A stretch of DNA of 64,000 bases from Salinispira sp. (GTDB lineage Bacteria > Spirochaetota > Spirochaetia > DSM-27196 > Salinispiraceae): the NCBI GenBank assembly GCA_965602015.1, contig OZ271918.1, positions 1,216,001 through 1,280,000 of the forward strand, written 5' to 3'. Positions within the stretch are counted from its first letter, which is position 1, and the number at the start of each line of letters is the position of its first letter. Shown in pieces: positions 21,532 to 32,167 of the stretch. Position numbers and translations under genes: made by a program. The notes beneath the pieces were generated by a model. It searched no databases. It saw only the letters and a list, made by a program, of their open reading frames with translations, and was not told the DNA's origin.

Positions 21532-23796
21532 ATGAAACTTCGCTCAAAATTAATGCTGGGGTTCGGTGCTCTGCTCGCATTATTTGCCGCTGCCGTCGCC
21601 ATCTCTCTATTTGCCCTTGCCAACGCCGCCCAGGGGTTTACCCAGTACCGCGGGCTTGCCCGGGACACTAACCTGGCCGGCAGAGTGCAGGCGAACATCC
21701 TGCTCTCCCGGATGCATGTGAAAAACTTTATTATCAGTCATGATCCGGATGAAGAAGATCTCTATGCAGATTATTACCAGAGAATGCTGGGCTATCTCCA
21801 AACAGCTCAACAAGAGATCATTGATCCTGAACGGGCTGCCCTGGTCGATGACATATCAGCAAATGTGGAGCGATACAACACCAATTTCGGCGAGGCGGTG
21901 GTTCACACCCAGAACATAGACAATGCTGTTATCACCATCCTCGATGTGGTCGGTCCGCAAATTGAGAGGAATCTCACGGCGATACTCAACTCTGCCCGGG
22001 CTGACGGGGACACTGAAGCAGTGTATCACGCAGCACAGGCCACCCGCTCACTCTTGTTGGCCCGTCTGTATGTGTTCAAGTACTTAAAAGAAAATCTTGC
22101 CAGCCATGTAGACCGGGTGCGCCGGGAATTCAGTGATATGGACGGTCATTTGGAAAACCTCGACGGGGAGTTGGAGAATGCCCAGCGTCGGGAGCTGTTC
22201 TCCCGGGTGGTTGGGGAGGAACAGCGCTACCTCTCAACCTTCCTTTATGTGGTTAGTGAAACTGAAGAGCTCAACGATCTAATTGACAATCAGCTCGATG
22301 TAATCGGTCCTCGAATCGCAGATGAGGCGGAGAGTGTTAAGTTATCAGTGATGGCGGACCAGAATGAGCTTGGACCCATCCTTCAGCGAAATAATCAGCA
22401 GTCCGTCATTCTCATTCTCATCGTGTCCGGCGTTTCCTTGATCATGGTAGTCATTATCACCTTCTGGACCACCAACTCGGTTCTTCGTCAGCTCGGAGCC
22501 GATCCGGGGATTATCGAGACGGTTATGAAAAAAGTCGCTGTGGGAGACCTAAGAATTATCGCCGAAGATTTTGAGTTGCGCAGAATTGAGGGGGTGTTTG
22601 AATCGGTGATGGATATGGTCGCCTCTCTTGTAGAGAAGGCTGATAACCTTCAGACCGTGGCAGACGGGGACTTATCCGTCCGCGTGCAAGTCCTTGGGGA
22701 ACAGGATATGTTGGGAAACAGCCTGCAGAAAATGAAGGTCTCGTTAAACGAGCTTTTGAGTCAGGTCGCCGGGGCTGTTACCCAGGTCAATGCGGGAGCC
22801 GAGCAGATCAGTCTCTCCAGCCAGGACTTGAGCCAGGGAGCCACCGAGCAGGCTGCGAGCATCGAAGAAATAACCAGCGCTATTACGGAAATAAACAGTA
22901 TGTCCCGGCAAAATGCCGAGGGTTCAAAAACTGCCCATGGCTTGGCCAGGACAGCAATGGACAACGCCAATGAGGGCCGGGTGCGTATGGACGAACTTAC
23001 CGGCATCATGACCAAAATCAACGCATCGGCGGATGAAATCAACAAGGTCGTTAAGATTATCGATGACATCGCCTTCCAGATCAATCTGCTAGCCCTAAAC
23101 GCGAACGTCGAAGCTGCCCGGGCGGGTAAGTACGGCAAGGGTTTTGCGGTGGTTGCCGAAGAGGTACGCAACCTCGCCGTGCGCAGCGCCCAGGCCGTCA
23201 AGGAAACTACAAAGATGGTGGAAGAGACGGTGAGCAATATTGCCATGGGGGACCGGGCTTCAAAGGATACCAACGAGCAGCTCAATGCCATAGTCGAGGG
23301 AACCGGTAAGGTCGCCGACTTGCTGAGCGAGATTTCCTCCTCCAGTGCAGAACAGGCTCAAGGAATTGATCAGGTAAATACCGGCCTCGATCAGATTGAC
23401 CAGACAACCCAGGCAAACACCGCCAGCGCCGAACAAAGCGCTGCAGCCAGCGAAGAATTGGCGGGTCAGGCTCAACAGCTCACCGCTCTTATCGCCCAGT
23501 TCACCCTTGATGAAAGCCTCATTGCCGAACAACGCCTGCTCCCGGGTCCCCGGGGATCAGGCGCAGTAAAGACGTCTACTGCCGGTCAATTCCGGGCTGG
23601 GGACCCAAAGGCGGCAAGTACCGTAAAAACCGCCAACCCTGTCCCGACTGAAAGCCGGAAGGGTCCCGCAGCGGGTACACACAAAAAGACCGGCCAGGCA
23701 TGGGATAACGATAAATCATTCACCCAGGGGCGTCCCTCGGAAACCCTCAACCCCGCAGAAACCATTGTGCTCGACGAGGATTTCGAGGATTTCTAA
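21532..23796 (+). CDS. Methyl-accepting chemotaxis protein
   Basis: 2 TM segments, helical periplasmic domain, [41 protein letters not shown]. Confidence 0.96.
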   Translation: MKLRSKLMLGFGALLALFAAAVAISLFALANAAQGFTQYRGLARDTNLAGRVQANILLSRMHVKNFIISHDPDEEDLYADYYQRMLGYLQTAQQEIIDPERAALVDDISANVERYNTNFGEAVVHTQNIDNAVITILDVVGPQIERNLTAILNSARADGDTEAVYHAAQATRSLLLARLYVFKYLKENLASHVDRVRREFSDMDGHLENLDGELENAQRRELFSRVVGEEQRYLSTFLYVVSETEELNDLIDNQLDVIGPRIADEAESVKLSVMADQNELGPILQRNNQQSVILILIVSGVSLIMVVIITFWTTNSVLRQLGADPGIIETVMKKVAVGDLRIIAEDFELRRIEGVFESVMDMVASLVEKADNLQTVADGDLSVRVQVLGEQDMLGNSLQKMKVSLNELLSQVAGAVTQVNAGAEQISLSSQDLSQGATEQAASIEEITSAITEINSMSRQNAEGSKTAHGLARTAMDNANEGRVRMDELTGIMTKINASADEINKVVKIIDDIAFQINLLALNANVEAARAGKYGKGFAVVAEEVRNLAVRSAQAVKETTKMVEETVSNIAMGDRASKDTNEQLNAIVEGTGKVADLLSEISSSSAEQAQGIDQVNTGLDQIDQTTQANTASAEQSAAASEELAGQAQQLTALIAQFTLDESLIAEQRLLPGPRGSGAVKTSTAGQFRAGDPKAASTVKTANPVPTESRKGPAAGTHKKTGQAWDNDKSFTQGRPSETLNPAETIVLDEDFEDF

Positions 23797-23836
23797 GGAC
23801 TCAGGCTGTGCAATACCGTCCGGTGTGCCGGGCGTC

Positions 23837-23910
23837 AGTCTTAGAAGGGCGGTAGTCTTAGAAGGGCGGTAGTCTTAGAGAGGTGGTAGTCTTAGAGAGG
23901 TGGTAGTCTT
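23837..23910. repeat. 17-bp tandem repeat, about 4.3 copies
   Basis: AGTCTTAGAAGGGCGGT x2, AGTCTTAGAGAGGTGGT x2, then AGTCTT. Confidence 0.95.
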
Positions 23911-23966
23911 GGAGGCGAAATAAGAAGCTGCCAGGCATAGTAAGCGAAATGTAAAGCTCAGAAATA

Positions 23967-24317
23967 TCAGCCTATTTTGAAATGGAATTCCGTTCTGCCT
24001 ATGGTAATAAGATCGGTGCTGTAAAGCCTTACGTAACTGCCGGGCTCGATTGCCTCGCCGTTAACCCTGACGCCGTTGGTGCTGTCCTGATCGCAGATGA
24101 AGTAGGCTTCCTTGATTTTTTGCACTACGGCATGCTGGCGGGAGGCCAGGGTGTCCTCCAGGACGATGTCGCAGTCCTTTGACCGGCCGATGGTGATGCT
24201 GTCGGTTATCTGGGTCTTTCGCCGTCCGTGGTGCAGGTACACCGTTTCGCTGTGCCGAATCTTGCCCAGACGCTCGCCCAGATTACTGTTTCCCGCAATG
24301 GTGTCGTGTTTTGCCAT
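23967..24317 (-). CDS. FHA domain protein
   Basis: TIGRSKDCDI, ASRQHA, DSTNGVRVNG. Confidence 0.93.
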   Translation of the reverse strand: MAKHDTIAGNSNLGERLGKIRHSETVYLHHGRRKTQITDSITIGRSKDCDIVLEDTLASRQHAVVQKIKEAYFICDQDSTNGVRVNGEAIEPGSYVRLYSTDLITIGRTEFHFKIG

Positions 24318-24449
24318 GGCGTCCCCTCCCAATGACCTCCAGTATACCAGCAGGCTAATGTGGGGCCAACAAGGAAATACCAGAAGTTTTTCTTTTGCTG
24401 CTTATGCCAATGGGCCGGACAGGGTAGAATGGTCCCCGGAGGGAGACCC

Positions 24450-25706
24450 ATGGAAGCCGCCAAGGAATATATCAGCTGCCCCAATTGCGGGACAACAATA
24501 GACGTCAATGATCTGTTATATCACCAACTCGAGGAGCAAATCGAAGCTAAGCACGCGCAACAGCTTCGCCAACAGCGATCAGCCCTGTCAGAGCTCGAAC
24601 AGACCGTCAAGCGCCGGGAGCAGGAGCTGATTGCCCAGCAGAAAGAAAGCAGTCAGGCAATCGAGATGGCCGTTCAGGAGCAGGTTGCAAAAATCCGGGA
24701 GCAAACCCGGAGTGAGGCCAAACGAGCTGCCGCCGATGAGCAGGCCCAGGTTGTCCAGGAACTGCAAAAGGAACTGCAGGAAAAGATGGAGCGCCTCAAG
24801 GTTCTCAATAAAACCCGGGCCGAACTTGAGCGGGTGAAAAGGGAAAAAGACGGGCTCCGGGAAGAACTGGAACTTGAAAGTCAGCAAAAGTTCAGCGAGG
24901 CCATGAAGCTCGAACGGGAAAAAATCCAGCGCAGCGAGGCGGAAAAAAACGAGTTAAAAATCAAAGAAAAGCAGCAACTGGTTGATGACCTGAGCAAAAA
25001 ACTTCAGGAAGCCCAGAGGAAGGCCGAGCAGGGTTCGATGCAAAGTCAGGGCGAGGTGCAGGAGCTGGCCATCGAAGAGTGGCTCGTTGAACAGTTTCCC
25101 ATGGACCGCATAGAGGAAATTAAGAAAGGAGCCCAGGGTGCTGACTGTCTGCAAATCGTGAATACCCGGGCCCATGAGAACTGCGGGAGCATTTACTACG
25201 AGAGCAAAAGAACAAAGGCCTTTCAGCCTTCCTGGGTAGAGAAATTCAAGGCAGATATTCGGGAGAAATCAGCAGGCATCGGCGTATTGGTCACCAGCGC
25301 CATGCCGGCGGACTTGGACCGCATGGGCTTGTACCAGGGAATTTGGGTCTGCAGCTATGAGGAGTTCAAGGGACTTGCCGCGGTCCTCAGGCAGAGCATT
25401 ATCGCGATTTACGAGGCCGGACAGACCCAGGTCAACAAGGGCGGGAAGATGGAGATGCTTTACGACTTTCTCACGGGCAATGAGTTCCGGCAGCAGGTTG
25501 AGGCCATAGTCGAGGGCTTCACTCAGATGAAAAGCGATCTCGAATCGGAAAAACGGGCGATGAATGCCCAATGGAAAAAACGGGAAAAGCAGTTGGAAAA
25601 GGTTATTCTCAACACGACGTACATGTACTCATCAGTAAAGGGAATTGCCGGATCGGCCATCGGCGACATGCCCCTGCTCGAACTTCCCGGTGGAGAAGAT
25701 GAGTAG
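24450..25706 (+). CDS. DUF2130 coiled-coil/nuclease-fold protein
   Basis: CPNCG, long coiled coil, SMQSQGEVQELAIE, GAD, YYESKRTK. Confidence 0.88.
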   Translation: MEAAKEYISCPNCGTTIDVNDLLYHQLEEQIEAKHAQQLRQQRSALSELEQTVKRREQELIAQQKESSQAIEMAVQEQVAKIREQTRSEAKRAAADEQAQVVQELQKELQEKMERLKVLNKTRAELERVKREKDGLREELELESQQKFSEAMKLEREKIQRSEAEKNELKIKEKQQLVDDLSKKLQEAQRKAEQGSMQSQGEVQELAIEEWLVEQFPMDRIEEIKKGAQGADCLQIVNTRAHENCGSIYYESKRTKAFQPSWVEKFKADIREKSAGIGVLVTSAMPADLDRMGLYQGIWVCSYEEFKGLAAVLRQSIIAIYEAGQTQVNKGGKMEMLYDFLTGNEFRQQVEAIVEGFTQMKSDLESEKRAMNAQWKKREKQLEKVILNTTYMYSSVKGIAGSAIGDMPLLELPGGEDE

Positions 25707-25717
25707 GACGTCGGCAT

Positions 25718-25750
25718 AAAAAACCGGGAGACCCTTGCGGATCTCCCGGC
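25718..25750 (-). terminator. Intrinsic terminator of the amylase gene, possibly bidirectional
   Basis: Minus strand: GCCGGGAGATCC-GCAA-GGGTCTCCCGGT-TTTTT. Confidence 0.8.
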
Positions 25751-25777
25751 CGATGATTGTATGTGGGTCAGTTATTG

Positions 25778-27868
25778 TTACGGTCTAAAGCCGTAAACCG
25801 TCGCATCCCAGGGGAGAACATAGATTTCTCCGCCTTGAGCGCTAAAGCTGCGGTTGACCCCATCCCATGTTCCGTTCGAATTGGTGAAACAAAACATAAA
25901 TGACTGGGGAGCGTCGGGAATGCTGATCTGCCACCAGTGAGCGCCGTTGATAAATCCTTCGTAGCTCATGGGCAGTGTGCCGCTTAATCCGTCCCAGGCA
26001 TGCAAGCTATAGCTGGTTGCCGACTCGAATTCCGCATATCGGATAATCAGATCGGCGGTGCCGCCTCCGGAAACTTTTACCGCTTCAATGGCCTTGCTTT
26101 GATCGTCGAAGCTGATGCGATACTCTCCCGCTCCTTCGGTAATCAGATAGTCCTGTGCCGGATATGCCTCTGTCCAGTTATTATACCGGGTAATTTTAAA
26201 ACGCGGATTGCTGCCTGAAAAGGTTTGCGTGGTTTCCCAAAGGCCCGTATCGGCATTTCTGATCATAGCTGTGGTGCCCCATCCGTTGGGAGTTCCCCGG
26301 AAAAAGGCCTGGTCCCAGCCGCTTGGACCGCCGGATTGCCCGCTGGGAACCCAAATGGACCATCCGGTGGATTCGCTGATATTTACCGGAAAGTCCGCGT
26401 ATCCGTTTGCATCGGTGGTGACCGTGCCGTCTACATTGCCGGTGTAATCGTAGAAAACCGTATTGGGCTGATGGGAGTTGATTCTGAAACTGTCCTGGTA
26501 TCCCCAGTCCCGGCCGGAGATCAGCATGACCATCCCGCTGCCGGGAACCGAATCCAGGCCTTCTCTCACATAGGTGTATACCGCTTCGGTATTCGCCGCC
26601 TGCTCATGACCCGCTCCGTATGCGAAATAACGGCGCGCGCTGATGAGCGTGTCCAGGGTAGGCGCCATGCCGAACTCTTCATAGTCCCGGGCGAAAACCA
26701 CCGGAGTGCCCTGTTCCCGCATCAGGATGTATGCGTACGCCTGATTTTTGTAGTTGATTACCTGGGGCGTGCCGTATGGATTTCCCGCCCGGCTGGTATC
26801 GTGATTATCGACGAAGGTTACAGCCTGGGATGCCTTGGCGCTGTTTACCAGGCCTCCCCACCAGCGCATATCCTTCGAGCCGCTTGAAAGATTGACAAAA
26901 TCATCCCGCAGGCTGAAATCGAAGACCGTCATATGTCCGGTACCTACGTGATCCAGGTATCCGCCGAGGTCGCCAACCCAGGCCTCGCCGACAAAGAATA
27001 CATCCTGGGCTGTGGCCGCTTGAACGTGATTTACCCAGTCCCTGGTAAAATCCGAATCAACATGAGCGATGGCGTCCATCCGAAAGCCGTCAAATCCCAC
27101 ATCATTGATAATCCATTCGCCCCAGGCCTTCATTTCATCGACCACTTCCGGCCGATTGTGATCCACGTCGTTGCCCATAAGATAGGGCCAGTGGAAGTTG
27201 TTGCCCCAGTACTTCCCGGGGAAGAGCCGTCCGTCGATACCGTTAAACGCTGTCCAGTCCCATTCGAAGTCATGATACAGGCCGCCCCAGGCTTCGGGGG
27301 TGTAGTACACGTCCCGGCCGTGTAAGTCGAAGTTGGTCCATACATCTCCGAAACCCTGGATGAACTGGCGTGAGTCGGCGCCCATCCGGTGATTGAATAC
27401 TACGTCGTAATAGGCATCAATGCCCATGCCGTCCAGGGCTGCCAGCGCGGACTGAAGCTCGCTTCGGGTTCCATACCTGGTGGCGATGGTTCCCTTCTGG
27501 TTGAATTCACCCAGGTCCCAAAAATCGTACACGTCGTAGCCGACGCTGAATGTGCCGGAAAAACCCTTTGCCGCCGGCGGCAGCCACATGGCGTTGATGC
27601 CGGCCTCGGCCAGAGGCGCCGCCATGGCGGCAAGCTCAGTCCACAGCCCCGGGTAGGCGTCCCAATAGAATGCCTGATAAACCGTTCGGTTCACCAGTGC
27701 ATCGGGAACCGCCGGAAGGTTGGAACTGATAGCCCTGGAAGCCGGCTCTAGTTCCGGCTGGTAAAGCGGAAGCGCGCTGTTGCTGCAGGACATTGCAAAC
27801 GACAGCAGTAAAAGGCTTGCCGTGAAGACAATCGCGAATCTGAAAATTCTACGATATCTGGTATTCAT
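25778..27868 (-). CDS. Alpha-amylase (GH13), probable lipoprotein with C-terminal starch-binding-type modules
   Basis: GYDVYDFWDLGEFNQKGT, DVVFNH, GFRMDAIAH, GEAW, FVDNHD; AMSC lipobox; FRGTPNGW module. Confidence 0.93.
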   Translation of the reverse strand: MNTRYRRIFRFAIVFTASLLLLSFAMSCSNSALPLYQPELEPASRAISSNLPAVPDALVNRTVYQAFYWDAYPGLWTELAAMAAPLAEAGINAMWLPPAAKGFSGTFSVGYDVYDFWDLGEFNQKGTIATRYGTRSELQSALAALDGMGIDAYYDVVFNHRMGADSRQFIQGFGDVWTNFDLHGRDVYYTPEAWGGLYHDFEWDWTAFNGIDGRLFPGKYWGNNFHWPYLMGNDVDHNRPEVVDEMKAWGEWIINDVGFDGFRMDAIAHVDSDFTRDWVNHVQAATAQDVFFVGEAWVGDLGGYLDHVGTGHMTVFDFSLRDDFVNLSSGSKDMRWWGGLVNSAKASQAVTFVDNHDTSRAGNPYGTPQVINYKNQAYAYILMREQGTPVVFARDYEEFGMAPTLDTLISARRYFAYGAGHEQAANTEAVYTYVREGLDSVPGSGMVMLISGRDWGYQDSFRINSHQPNTVFYDYTGNVDGTVTTDANGYADFPVNISESTGWSIWVPSGQSGGPSGWDQAFFRGTPNGWGTTAMIRNADTGLWETTQTFSGSNPRFKITRYNNWTEAYPAQDYLITEGAGEYRISFDDQSKAIEAVKVSGGGTADLIIRYAEFESATSYSLHAWDGLSGTLPMSYEGFINGAHWWQISIPDAPQSFMFCFTNSNGTWDGVNRSFSAQGGEIYVLPWDATVYGFRP

Positions 27869-27903
27869 TTCTGTACCCCCTTGAAGATTCCCGGAAAACC
27901 GGG

Positions 27904-27917
27904 TGGAAAGGTTTCCA
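27904..27917. promoter_or_regulatory. LacI-family-like operator upstream of the amylase
   Basis: Near-perfect palindrome TGGAAAGGTTTCCA 36 bp upstream of the ATG. Confidence 0.6.
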
Positions 27918-28063
27918 GTTTAAAAATCGGTCCCCAAAACCGAACTGGATTCAGGTTATTGTACTATGGAACTGGATATTCGCAAGGAAAATGAAAAAAA
28001 ATACCAGATGGGCGAATATAAATACAGAATAACAAAAATCTATATTTACACCATCAAATGCTG

Positions 28064-30586
28064 CTATCGGGGGCGGGTACCGTCAGTTGCCTCTGCAGTG
28101 CGGGGATCTTCGGGCCAATAATGCTTGGGATACCGGCCGCGCAGCTCTTTCCGCACCTCCGCATAGGTAGTGGACCAAAAACTCTCAAGATCGCCGGTTA
28201 TTTGAACCGGACGTCGGGCAGGGGAGAGCAATTCAATTTCAAGCGGCTGCCCGGCTACCATCGGGCTATTTTCCATACCGAACAGTTGCTGAATTCTCGC
28301 CGATAACACCACCTTGCCGTCCCGGTATTCCAGCTGCCGCCGGCTACCAGAGGGCAGAGTAAAATACTTCGGCGCCAGACGGTCGACGGATGCCGCCAGA
28401 TTCCAGGGCAGAAGTGAGCGAAGCACCTCACTTACCGGTATCCGCTGTAAGCAATCTGCAGAGGGCCTGGGGGAGATAAATGCCGGCAGCCAGCGCTTGG
28501 CCGAGGCTGTGAGTGATTCATCGCTAAGTTCAGGCCAGTCTGCACCAAGGCGCAGGTGAAGAACAGCAAGGCGGCTTTGCAAATTTCGGTCTTCATTTGT
28601 CCAAGGCAGTATTCCGACTCCGCGGGCCTTTACCAAGGCGATTATCGCCGCCTGGGGATCGCGTAATTCGCCGAACTTCACTGGCCGTGAACCGATTTCG
28701 ATTGAGCGGTAGGTCCTGACTTCCCGTGCCAACAGCTTCCCGGAGTCATCGGCGCTGAGCTCGATTCTCGTCATGGCTCCGTCGCGTATTTCGCGCGCTA
28801 TTTCGTCGTCGGGGAAGGCTGCGGCCAGGAATATCCGTCCTCCCCGTAAGCTGCGCTTAATTTCCGCAGCCAAAATCCATTGGGGCTGGAAGCGCCGCTC
28901 GCCTTCATGAATGGCATACGTGCTGCCCCCGGCCAGCTGATACTGGCCCTCGCCCAGGTGTCGGGCAATTCTGTCGGGAAAGGCCCATGAGAGGATAGCC
29001 GCCGGAGAAGGTGAACCGTTATTCACCGGCCTGGAGTCAGGGCCTGAAGCATGGTTGAAGTTGTTTTTCCCGGCAGCCTGGCGGAACATGGCCTGTATTC
29101 CCCGGACGTCATGGTCAATGCGGTGAAGGATACTTCGGCGTACCATGCCGCTGGAAAGGCTTTGAGCCTGAAGCCTGACCTCAATATCCGCACCGAACTG
29201 GCCGGCCGCCTCCCGGGTAAGAGGGTCGCCGTTTTCCAATAGCGCCGCAAGACGAGCGGCGGTATCACGGGCTGCCGGAATATCAGAGGCCTGAATAACC
29301 ATGGCCGAGAGCCGTGGATGCAGGGGGAGCCCGGCCATTAACCGTCCCCTCCCGGTAATCCGGTCCCGGTCATCCAGCGCTCCCAGGGAAATCAACAGCT
29401 GCCGGGCATCTTCCCAGTTCCGCGGATCCGGCGTATCGGGCCACAGGTATTGGCCTGCTTCAATGCTGCCCCAGAATGCCAGCGCCAAAAGCAGGGAGCC
29501 GAGGTCTTCGCTGAGGATTTCCGGAGTCCGTCGGCTGTCCAGCACCTCCTGTTCATCCCAGAGGCGGATAACGGTCCCCGGCCCGAGACGGCCAGCCCGG
29601 CCGGCCCGCTGCTGTGCCGATGCGCGGCTAATCCTTTCGGTATTCATTCTGGTGAGTCCGATGGCCGGATCATAGCGGGGGCTGCGCTGGAGCCCTGAAT
29701 CGACCACAACCGTTACGCCTTCGATGGTCAGGCTGGTTTCGGCGACATTTGTCGCCAGTACGATTTTGCGCATACCCGTTTCCGGCGGATGTATTGCCCT
29801 GTTTTGCTCCCTTGTGCTCAAGCGGCCGTAAAGGGGCAGGATAAGCAGTCGGGAGTCATCGTTCACCGTTCGCAAATATTCTGCCGCCCGTTCTATTTCA
29901 CCCTCGCCGGGGAGAAAGACCAGGCAGCTGTCAGAGCAATCCGGCGAGCCGACCGCATGTATTGCCTGCATGGCTGCGTGTTTCCACAGCTGACGGTCTT
30001 TTGGACATGGCGCATAGGCGGTGGACACGGGAAACATCCGTCCTTCGGCAGTAATCAGCGGCAGATCCAGTTTGCCGACCAGGTCGTCATCGATGGTGGC
30101 GGACATTATGATAAGACGCAGGTCGGCACGGAGGGCCTCGACGCTCTGACGGATCATTGCGTGGTTGGCGTCGCTTAAAAGGCTTCTCTCGTGAAACTCA
30201 TCGAGGATGACCGCAGCGCAGTCCACAAGCTCGGGATCCTCCAGCAGTTTGCGCTGGAGCACCCCCTCGGTGACAATGAGAATGTCGGGCGAGCCGGGAA
30301 CACGGGAATCACCCCGGGTAATATATCCGATGCGGCAGGTCCCCCGGCTTAATTCGACGATGCGGTCATACAAGGCGCGGACGGCGGCCCGTCGGGGCTG
30401 GGTGAGAATTATGGTTTTCCCTCTACGCCAGTCAGCGTCGTGAAGCATAAAAGGGACCAGTGTCGATTTACCCGAACCGGCGGGAGCCCGGATGATGGCT
30501 CCAGCTATGGATGACCGGGTATCTTCCAGGGTCTCCCGCAGCCGCGTTCCGATACTCCGAACGGGATAGTCCGGGAGGTCGATCAC
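28064..30586 (-). CDS. hrpB: ATP-dependent DEAH helicase HrpB
   Basis: PAGSGKST, DEFHERS, MSAT, ATNVAETSLTI, QRAGRAGR, C-terminal LLSPARRP/LRGRYPKHYWPEDP; GTGA overlap start. Confidence 0.95.
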   Translation of the reverse strand: MIDLPDYPVRSIGTRLRETLEDTRSSIAGAIIRAPAGSGKSTLVPFMLHDADWRRGKTIILTQPRRAAVRALYDRIVELSRGTCRIGYITRGDSRVPGSPDILIVTEGVLQRKLLEDPELVDCAAVILDEFHERSLLSDANHAMIRQSVEALRADLRLIIMSATIDDDLVGKLDLPLITAEGRMFPVSTAYAPCPKDRQLWKHAAMQAIHAVGSPDCSDSCLVFLPGEGEIERAAEYLRTVNDDSRLLILPLYGRLSTREQNRAIHPPETGMRKIVLATNVAETSLTIEGVTVVVDSGLQRSPRYDPAIGLTRMNTERISRASAQQRAGRAGRLGPGTVIRLWDEQEVLDSRRTPEILSEDLGSLLLALAFWGSIEAGQYLWPDTPDPRNWEDARQLLISLGALDDRDRITGRGRLMAGLPLHPRLSAMVIQASDIPAARDTAARLAALLENGDPLTREAAGQFGADIEVRLQAQSLSSGMVRRSILHRIDHDVRGIQAMFRQAAGKNNFNHASGPDSRPVNNGSPSPAAILSWAFPDRIARHLGEGQYQLAGGSTYAIHEGERRFQPQWILAAEIKRSLRGGRIFLAAAFPDDEIAREIRDGAMTRIELSADDSGKLLAREVRTYRSIEIGSRPVKFGELRDPQAAIIALVKARGVGILPWTNEDRNLQSRLAVLHLRLGADWPELSDESLTASAKRWLPAFISPRPSADCLQRIPVSEVLRSLLPWNLAASVDRLAPKYFTLPSGSRRQLEYRDGKVVLSARIQQLFGMENSPMVAGQPLEIELLSPARRPVQITGDLESFWSTTYAEVRKELRGRYPKHYWPEDPRTAEATDGTRPR

Positions 30587-31092
30587 AGCCGAAATCCCCG
30601 TACCCGGTTGTGTGAAAACAGAATACGCATATTCTTTACCGCCCTGCGGATTCCGGTTTCCAAGTTTATCGGCAGCTTGTGCGCGGGAACCCAGAGAGTC
30701 TGGCATAATACCTCGCCCATGCGGACAGTGATTTGCGGCGGGCAGTCGGTAAAAATATGGAGCCCTGCAATAGAGGGGCGAAGCGAAAAGAGGGAGGGCG
30801 GGCTGAGGAGGGTAAAATCACCTGGTGCTGGAGCGGGTTTTTGGCTGTCAGACCCGGCACATGCGATATTTTCCCTCCAGTATCGGGATGCATTTTCCAG
30901 AATACTCGTTGAACCGGTGCCGGCGGTACTCCCGGGCAGTGAGTAATACCCAGCCTCATCATCCTGAGCGGAATTAGGCGCCCCGGATGAAGATTTTTTC
31001 TCTCGCACAAGGAGAACCTGTACGTTTCTGGATATATCGTAACAGCTTATGAGAAGCCGTACGTCATTGGTAAAGAACATGATTCTCAGCAT
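30583..31092 (-). CDS. Hypothetical protein, weakly NUDIX-like
   Basis: VLLVRE...YSLPGS...ENASRYWRE resembles a degenerate NUDIX box; translationally coupled to hrpB. Confidence 0.45.
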   Translation of the reverse strand: MLRIMFFTNDVRLLISCYDISRNVQVLLVREKKSSSGAPNSAQDDEAGYYSLPGSTAGTGSTSILENASRYWRENIACAGSDSQKPAPAPGDFTLLSPPSLFSLRPSIAGLHIFTDCPPQITVRMGEVLCQTLWVPAHKLPINLETGIRRAVKNMRILFSHNRVRGFRL

Positions 31093-31295
31093 ACCCCGAC
31101 CATAAAAAAACTTCGAGTAATATATCCGGGATATTTGATCGGGACATAACGAGATTTTATATTTACCCGGACAGCATACGCCGGCAAGACAAGGAGGGGG
31201 ACATCGCACTACATGAGCTCGTAAACCATCTTTGTTCCCAAGCGGCGGAATACGGGGGAAGCTGGAACATTGACCGCCTTCGCGTACTGGATCTG

Positions 31296-32069
31296 TTGGG
31301 TATCGATATCCGGGATGTCTACGTCAAGCTGGAGCGCAGTGCCAATCCTCTGATTCGCAGTGAGAGTGCCGGCTTCTCCAGCGATGGCCCCGGGGTGCTG
31401 GTGAGTTTCCTGGAAATCATAGGAATCACCGAAGCTCCCGATGCGTTCTCCCAGTCAGGTTTGTGGATATCGATAGATCAGCAGTTCGAACTGGTCCAGA
31501 GCCTGGTCAGCATTATTCGACACTCGGTGGATGAACATCGCATAGACTGCTCGAATGCCTGTGCCATGTTCGATCACTTTGGCAATCTCCCCCGGACTCT
31601 TGAGACATACATCGATGAATACTTCCCGCTGAAGAAGTTTCTCGACCCGGTCCTGGAGGCACTCGATGAGCGCTGGCCCGAGGTCGATATGAATTTTGCC
31701 GAAGGCGCTTTACGTGCCCTGGCTTATGAGCTACTCAAAAGGGGAACCGTGCCGTTTTTTCGGCTGCTTGAGCCCGTGGCAGATAAGCTCAGACGCTGCC
31801 TGATTGAGAACGATCGCATACCTGAACAGAACGACCGGGGCCATGAGAAAACCAGCGCGGCCCATACCGGCTTGTCCGAGGTCGATACGGCGTTGAGCGC
31901 GTTGGGATTTTCCCCCGCAGAGCGTCCCGACACTTCTGCCGTTAAACGGCGTTACAAGGAACTGATGAAGCGCTACCACCCGGATGTGAATCCCCGGGGT
32001 CTTGAGCGTTCAAAACAGATCAATCAGGCCCTGGGCATACTGCTCAGCATATTACGACAGCGGAATTAG
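31296..32069 (+). CDS. C-terminal J-domain protein; true start may be upstream
   Basis: VKRRYKELMKRYHPDVN...INQA. Confidence 0.85.
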   Translation: MGIDIRDVYVKLERSANPLIRSESAGFSSDGPGVLVSFLEIIGITEAPDAFSQSGLWISIDQQFELVQSLVSIIRHSVDEHRIDCSNACAMFDHFGNLPRTLETYIDEYFPLKKFLDPVLEALDERWPEVDMNFAEGALRALAYELLKRGTVPFFRLLEPVADKLRRCLIENDRIPEQNDRGHEKTSAAHTGLSEVDTALSALGFSPAERPDTSAVKRRYKELMKRYHPDVNPRGLERSKQINQALGILLSILRQRN

Positions 32070-32167
32070 GCCCTGTTACCCGCGCTAATATTGAGCCGAT
32101 TTCGTTATGACCGAGCGCCGCTGCTTGTTGGCCGCTGTCCGATGTTGGATGCCGGGCCGGCTGTGGC

